A DNA stretch of 64,000 nucleotides from an uncultured Candidatus Rokubacteria bacterium (GTDB lineage: Bacteria > Methylomirabilota > Methylomirabilia > Rokubacteriales > CSP1-6), in the NCBI GenBank assembly GCA_963747235.1, contig CAVVEU010000002.1, positions 61,523-125,522 on the forward strand, given 5' to 3'. A program made the translations under genes and the position numbers. Within the stretch, counting starts at the first letter, position 1, and each line of letters starts with the position of its first letter. The notes beneath the pieces are model-generated. The model was given only the letters and a program-made list of their open reading frames with translations, was not told the DNA's origin and searched no databases. Positions 60,114 to 64,000 of this stretch are shown piece after piece.

Positions 60114-61403
60114 CTACTGCACGAAGCCCAGCAGGCGCGGGATGAAGAGGACGGTCTCCGGGATGAACGCCACGATCAGCAGCACGACCACGATGGCGGC
60201 CAGGAAGGGCATCAGCGGACGGACCAGCTTCTCCATGGGCAGGCCGCTGATGGCCATGCCGAGGAACAGGCAGAGGCCGACCGGCGGGGTGACGTGGCCG
60301 ATCGCGGAGGCGATGACGCAGACCATGCCGAAGTGGATCGGGTGGATGCCGAGCGCCTGCGCGCCCGGCAGCAGCACCGGCACCGTGACCAGGATGATCT
60401 CGGTGGGCGTGAGGAAGGTGCCCAGGAAGATGTAGAGGAAGATGACGAAGATCAGGAAGAGCCACCAGGTCGGCGCGACGGACTGGATGGCCGCGGCGAC
60501 CCGGAAGGGGAACTTGGAATAGGTCAGCACCCAGCCGAAGGCGCCCACCAGGCCGATGATGAGCCCGATCACGCCGGTCAGCCGCGCCGAGTCCGCGAAG
60601 ATACCTGGCATATCGCGCCAGGACAGCTCGCGATAGAAGATGGGCGGGACGATCGAGGGCGTACACCACCGCCACCGCGGCGGCCTCGGTCGGCGTGAAC
60701 CAGCCGATGATGATGCCGCCCATGATGATCAGCGGGGATCATGATGGCGGGCAGCGCGTTCCGGAGCGCGGTCACGAACTGGGCGCGGGTCGGGGGCGGC
60801 TCCTTGGGTAGTTGCGCTTCTTGGCGATGATGAACGTACGGCACCGCCATGCCGATGCCCACCAGGAGGCCCGGCAGGTAGCCGCCCGCGAAGATGGCGG
60901 CGACCGACTCGTCGGCCATCCACGCGTAGATCACCGCGACGATCGAGGGCGGGATGATCGGCGCCATGATGGCGGTGCAGATGGTCAGGATGGTCGCGAA
61001 GTCCTTGTCGTAGCCCTTGCGCACCATCTGAGGGATCAGGAAGGTGCCCGAGCGCCGAGACGTCGGCCACCGCCGAGCCCGAGATCCCGCCGAAGATCAT
61101 GCTGTCGAGGATGTTGACGTAGGCGAGCCCGCCGCGGAAGCGGCCCACCAGCACGGTGGCGAGGTCGATGATGGCGCGCGCCACGCCGCCCCGCGCCGCG
61201 ATGTTGCCGGCCAGGATGAAGAGCGGCGCCGAGAGCAGGAGGAACGAGTCGGAGAGCAGCCCGACGAAGCGCGTGGGAATGATGATCGGGTTCAGCGCCG
61301 GATAGAGCGACGCGGCGGCGAGGGCGCCCACGCCGAGGGCGATGCTGATCGGCATGCCCAGGACGACGAAGATGACGAAGACGATCAGGAGCGTCTCGGC
61401 CAT
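60114..61403 (-). CDS. dctM: TRAP transporter large permease (several frameshifts)
   Basis: PLFILAG, GGISGSAVAD, IIPPSI, FTPTEAA, IHPIHFG and TPPVG motifs across several frames. Confidence 0.85.
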
Positions 61404-61908
61404 AGAGCTCGGAGCGCGGCGACGAAGCCGTCCACGCCATCGGCAGCAGGATGAGGACGGCGCCGACCGGGATCGCCGGCGTAGACGTAGCCCAGCGGCA
61501 GGCCCGAGCCCGGCGCTGGTCCTGGAGCTGCGCGTTGGGCACGAGCACGAGGCTGGTGCGGATCAGGGAGAGGAAGAGCAGCATGCCCACCCCGTTGGTG
61601 AAGGCGGTGAGCAGCAGCTGGCCGCGGCGCGGCGAGACCGCTGCTGGAAGTACTCGAGCCGGGTGTGCTCGGCCCGATGCATGGCCGCGGCCGCGCCGAT
61701 CATGACGAGCCACACGAAGAGGTAGCGCGGGATCTCGTCGATGCCGTCGAAGGCGGCGCGGCCCGGTGAAGCGCATGAGCACCTGGACGAAGACGGCCAG
61801 GGTCATCACGGCCAGGATCAGGCCGCCGAGCAGCCCGAGCCCCTCGTAGAAGCGGGCGCCCCCGCGGCCGAGGGGCGCGAGGCTCCCGGATCCCGGCGCG
61901 CCGGCCAC
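61385..61908 (-). CDS. dctQ: TRAP transporter small permease (frameshifted)
   Basis: QVLMRF, DEIPRYLFVWLVMIGAA..M.R.EH and YAGDPVG/AIPVG segments. Lies between dctP and dctM. Confidence 0.72.
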
Positions 61909-61910
61909 GC

Positions 61911-62900
61911 CTACTTGATGCTCAGGATGTAGTCGACCATCTTGCGGGCGTCCTTGCCCGCCGGGGTCGCGTAGAACTCCTCGTACACGCTGGCGGTCGC
62001 CTGGCGGAACGGCGTGGCGTCCGGCTTGGTGATGGTGACGCCCTTGGCCTTCACCTGCTCCTGGATGTCGCGGTCCTCGTCGAGGATGAACTTCCGGTTC
62101 CATTGCTCGGCGTGCTTCGCGGCGTCCATGATCGCCTTCTGGGTGGCCGCGTCCTGCTTGACCCACGAGCTCTTGGCCATGATGAGCGCCACGCACTGGT
62201 GCGTGTGGCGCACGTCGGCCACGTACTTGACGATGTCGTAGAACTTGTTGTGGTAGAAGGTGTTGATCCCGCCCTCGGCCGCGTCGATCACCTTGGTCTG
62301 CAGCGACGTCGCGACCTCCGGGAAGGCGATGGGCGTGGAGATCATCCCGAGCGCCTTGAACGTCGCCACCAGGATCTTGTCCTCCTGGACGCGGATCTTC
62401 TTGCCCTTGACGTCGGCCACCGAGTTGACCGGGAAGTGGCCGTAGATGCCGCGATAGCCCGCCGCGAAGAACGCCACCAGCTTGAGCCCCTTCTTGTCGA
62501 GGACGGCGCCATAGTACTTCTGGAGCGTGTCGGTGCCGTCCAGCGCCGCGTAGACGTGCTGGTAGTCCCGGAAGATGTAGGGGAGCTGGAAGACGGACAT
62601 CTCCGGTACGAGCGTGGAGAGCGGCGCGGTCGTCATCGGCGAGAAGTCCACGGTGCCGAGCTGCACCTGCTGGCCCACCTCGCGCTCACCCCCGAGCGCG
62701 CCCGAATGATGGTGCACCACCTTGGTCTTGCCGCCGGTCAGCTCGCCGAGCTTGTCGATGAACTGCTGCGCCGCCAGGGCGGTGCCGTGCTTGGGCGGGT
62801 TGACGTTGCCCATCACCAGCTCTCTCGCCGTCTGGGCATGGGCGGTGGCGGCGCCGGCGAGGGCGAAGACAGCCAGAACCAGCAGTCTGAATGCGGTCAT
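61911..62900 (-). CDS. dctP: TRAP transporter substrate-binding protein
   Basis: GALGGERE, LPYIFRD, DVKGKKIRV and FPEVATSLQTKVIDA motifs. Confidence 0.92.
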   Translation of the reverse strand: MTAFRLLVLAVFALAGAATAHAQTARELVMGNVNPPKHGTALAAQQFIDKLGELTGGKTKVVHHHSGALGGEREVGQQVQLGTVDFSPMTTAPLSTLVPEMSVFQLPYIFRDYQHVYAALDGTDTLQKYYGAVLDKKGLKLVAFFAAGYRGIYGHFPVNSVADVKGKKIRVQEDKILVATFKALGMISTPIAFPEVATSLQTKVIDAAEGGINTFYHNKFYDIVKYVADVRHTHQCVALIMAKSSWVKQDAATQKAIMDAAKHAEQWNRKFILDEDRDIQEQVKAKGVTITKPDATPFRQATASVYEEFYATPAGKDARKMVDYILSIK

Positions 62901-63014
62901 GGGCGAGCCTCCTCGGGGGATGTGAGCGCCGATGATCGTCTGCGCGCCCCCGGCCTGTCAAGTGTTCAGCCCGTTCCGCTTGGGCCCGCGGGCCTTCCGT
63001 GCTATCCCTACGCG

Positions 63015-64000
63015 GTGAGCAGCGTCGCTCCGCCGGCGGCCGCCCTGGCCGCGCTCCCACGCCTTCGCGGACGATCCTCCGCGAGGCCCCCTACCGCCGC
63101 CTCTGGTTCTCCGGCCTCTGCGTCAACGGCGCGCGCTGGATGGACCTCGTCCTGCTCGGCTGGCTCGCCTTCCAGCTCACCGACTCGCCGTTCATGGTCG
63201 CGGTGGCCGCCTTCGCCCGCTCGGCGCCGATGATGCTGCTGGGCCCGTTCACCGGGCTGGTCGCGGACCGCATGCACCGCGGGCGCGTGCTCGTCTTCAC
63301 CCAGGCGCTGGGGCTCGCGACCGCGCTGGCCCTCGCGGCGGTCTTCGCGGCCGGGCGCGGCGGCTTCTGGCCCATGGTCGGCCTCGAGGTGCTCTTCGGC
63401 GCGCTCTGGGCGCTCGACTTCCCGGCCCGGCGCACCGCGCTCTACGCGCTGGTGGGCCCGCGCCGCGTGGCCACCGCGGTCTCGCTCGAGACCGTCTCGA
63501 TGCAGGTGGCCAAGATGATCGGCCCGGTGCTCGCCGGCATCGGGCTCGCGCGCCTCGGCCCCGCGCCCTGCTACGTCGCGGTGGCCGCGCTCTACGCGGT
63601 CGGGTTGCTCGTCTTCATCGGGCTGCCCGCGCGGATCGGCGGCCCGACCGGCCGCGATACCGCCTCGGTGGTGTCGAGCCTCGGCGCGGGTTTCACCTAC
63701 GCCTGGCGCGAGCCCACGGTGCGCGCGGTGCTGATCATCACGGTGCTGATGAACGTGCTCTTCTTCCCGTACCAGCACATGCTGCCGGTCTTCGCGCGCG
63801 AGGTCCTGCGCGTGGGCCCGGAATGGCTGGGCGCGCTCGTGGCGGCCGACGGGCTCGGCGCGCTGCTGGGCGCGCTGGCCATCGCCTCGCGCCGCGGCTT
63901 CCTGCCCCACGGGCGCCTCTTCGCGCTGTCGGTGCTGGTGGCGCCGTTCCTGCTGCTGGCCTTCACCAGCCTGCGCTGGCCCTGGGCCTGCCTGCCCGTG
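63015..64000 (+). CDS. MFS transporter (partial; frameshift near 63085)
   Basis: Manual translation: YRRLWFSGLCVNGARWMDLVLLGWLAFQLTDSP...GLVADRMHRGRVL...DFPARR. Confidence 0.8.

Overview
High-GC bacterial chromosome segment spanning the replication origin. Gene content and style suggest Ca. Rokubacteria/Methylomirabilota (inference only). Left of oriC, on the minus strand: a likely sigma54-driven signalling operon (response regulator, HD-GYP, degenerate CPBP protein, probable sensor), atpFHAGDC, mnmA, parB, parA with two perfect parS sites, rsmG, yidC, yidD, rnpA and rpmH. Right of oriC, mostly plus strand: dnaA, dnaN, recF, gyrB, gyrA, serS, all four tRNA-Ser genes, tRNA-Arg(ACG) with tadA, a large Alu-type SRP RNA, dnaX, ybaB, recR, tRNA-Asn, glcDEF and metabolic genes. 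A tRNA-His/Arg/Lys cluster follows, with a decayed 3.9 kb integrative element bounded by a 24-bp att repeat. Then come an archaeal-type topoisomerase VI operon (top6B, top6A, class I aldolase, PPi-PFK) and transporter/oxidoreductase genes. Many genes, including essential ones, carry single-base frameshifts, most likely consensus sequencing errors. Several long 'fusion' ORFs in the supplied track are therefore artefacts. The best novelty candidates are the TopoVI-glycolysis operon, the CPBP-like/HD-GYP signalling operon and a strand-biased G-quadruplex-like REP repeat.
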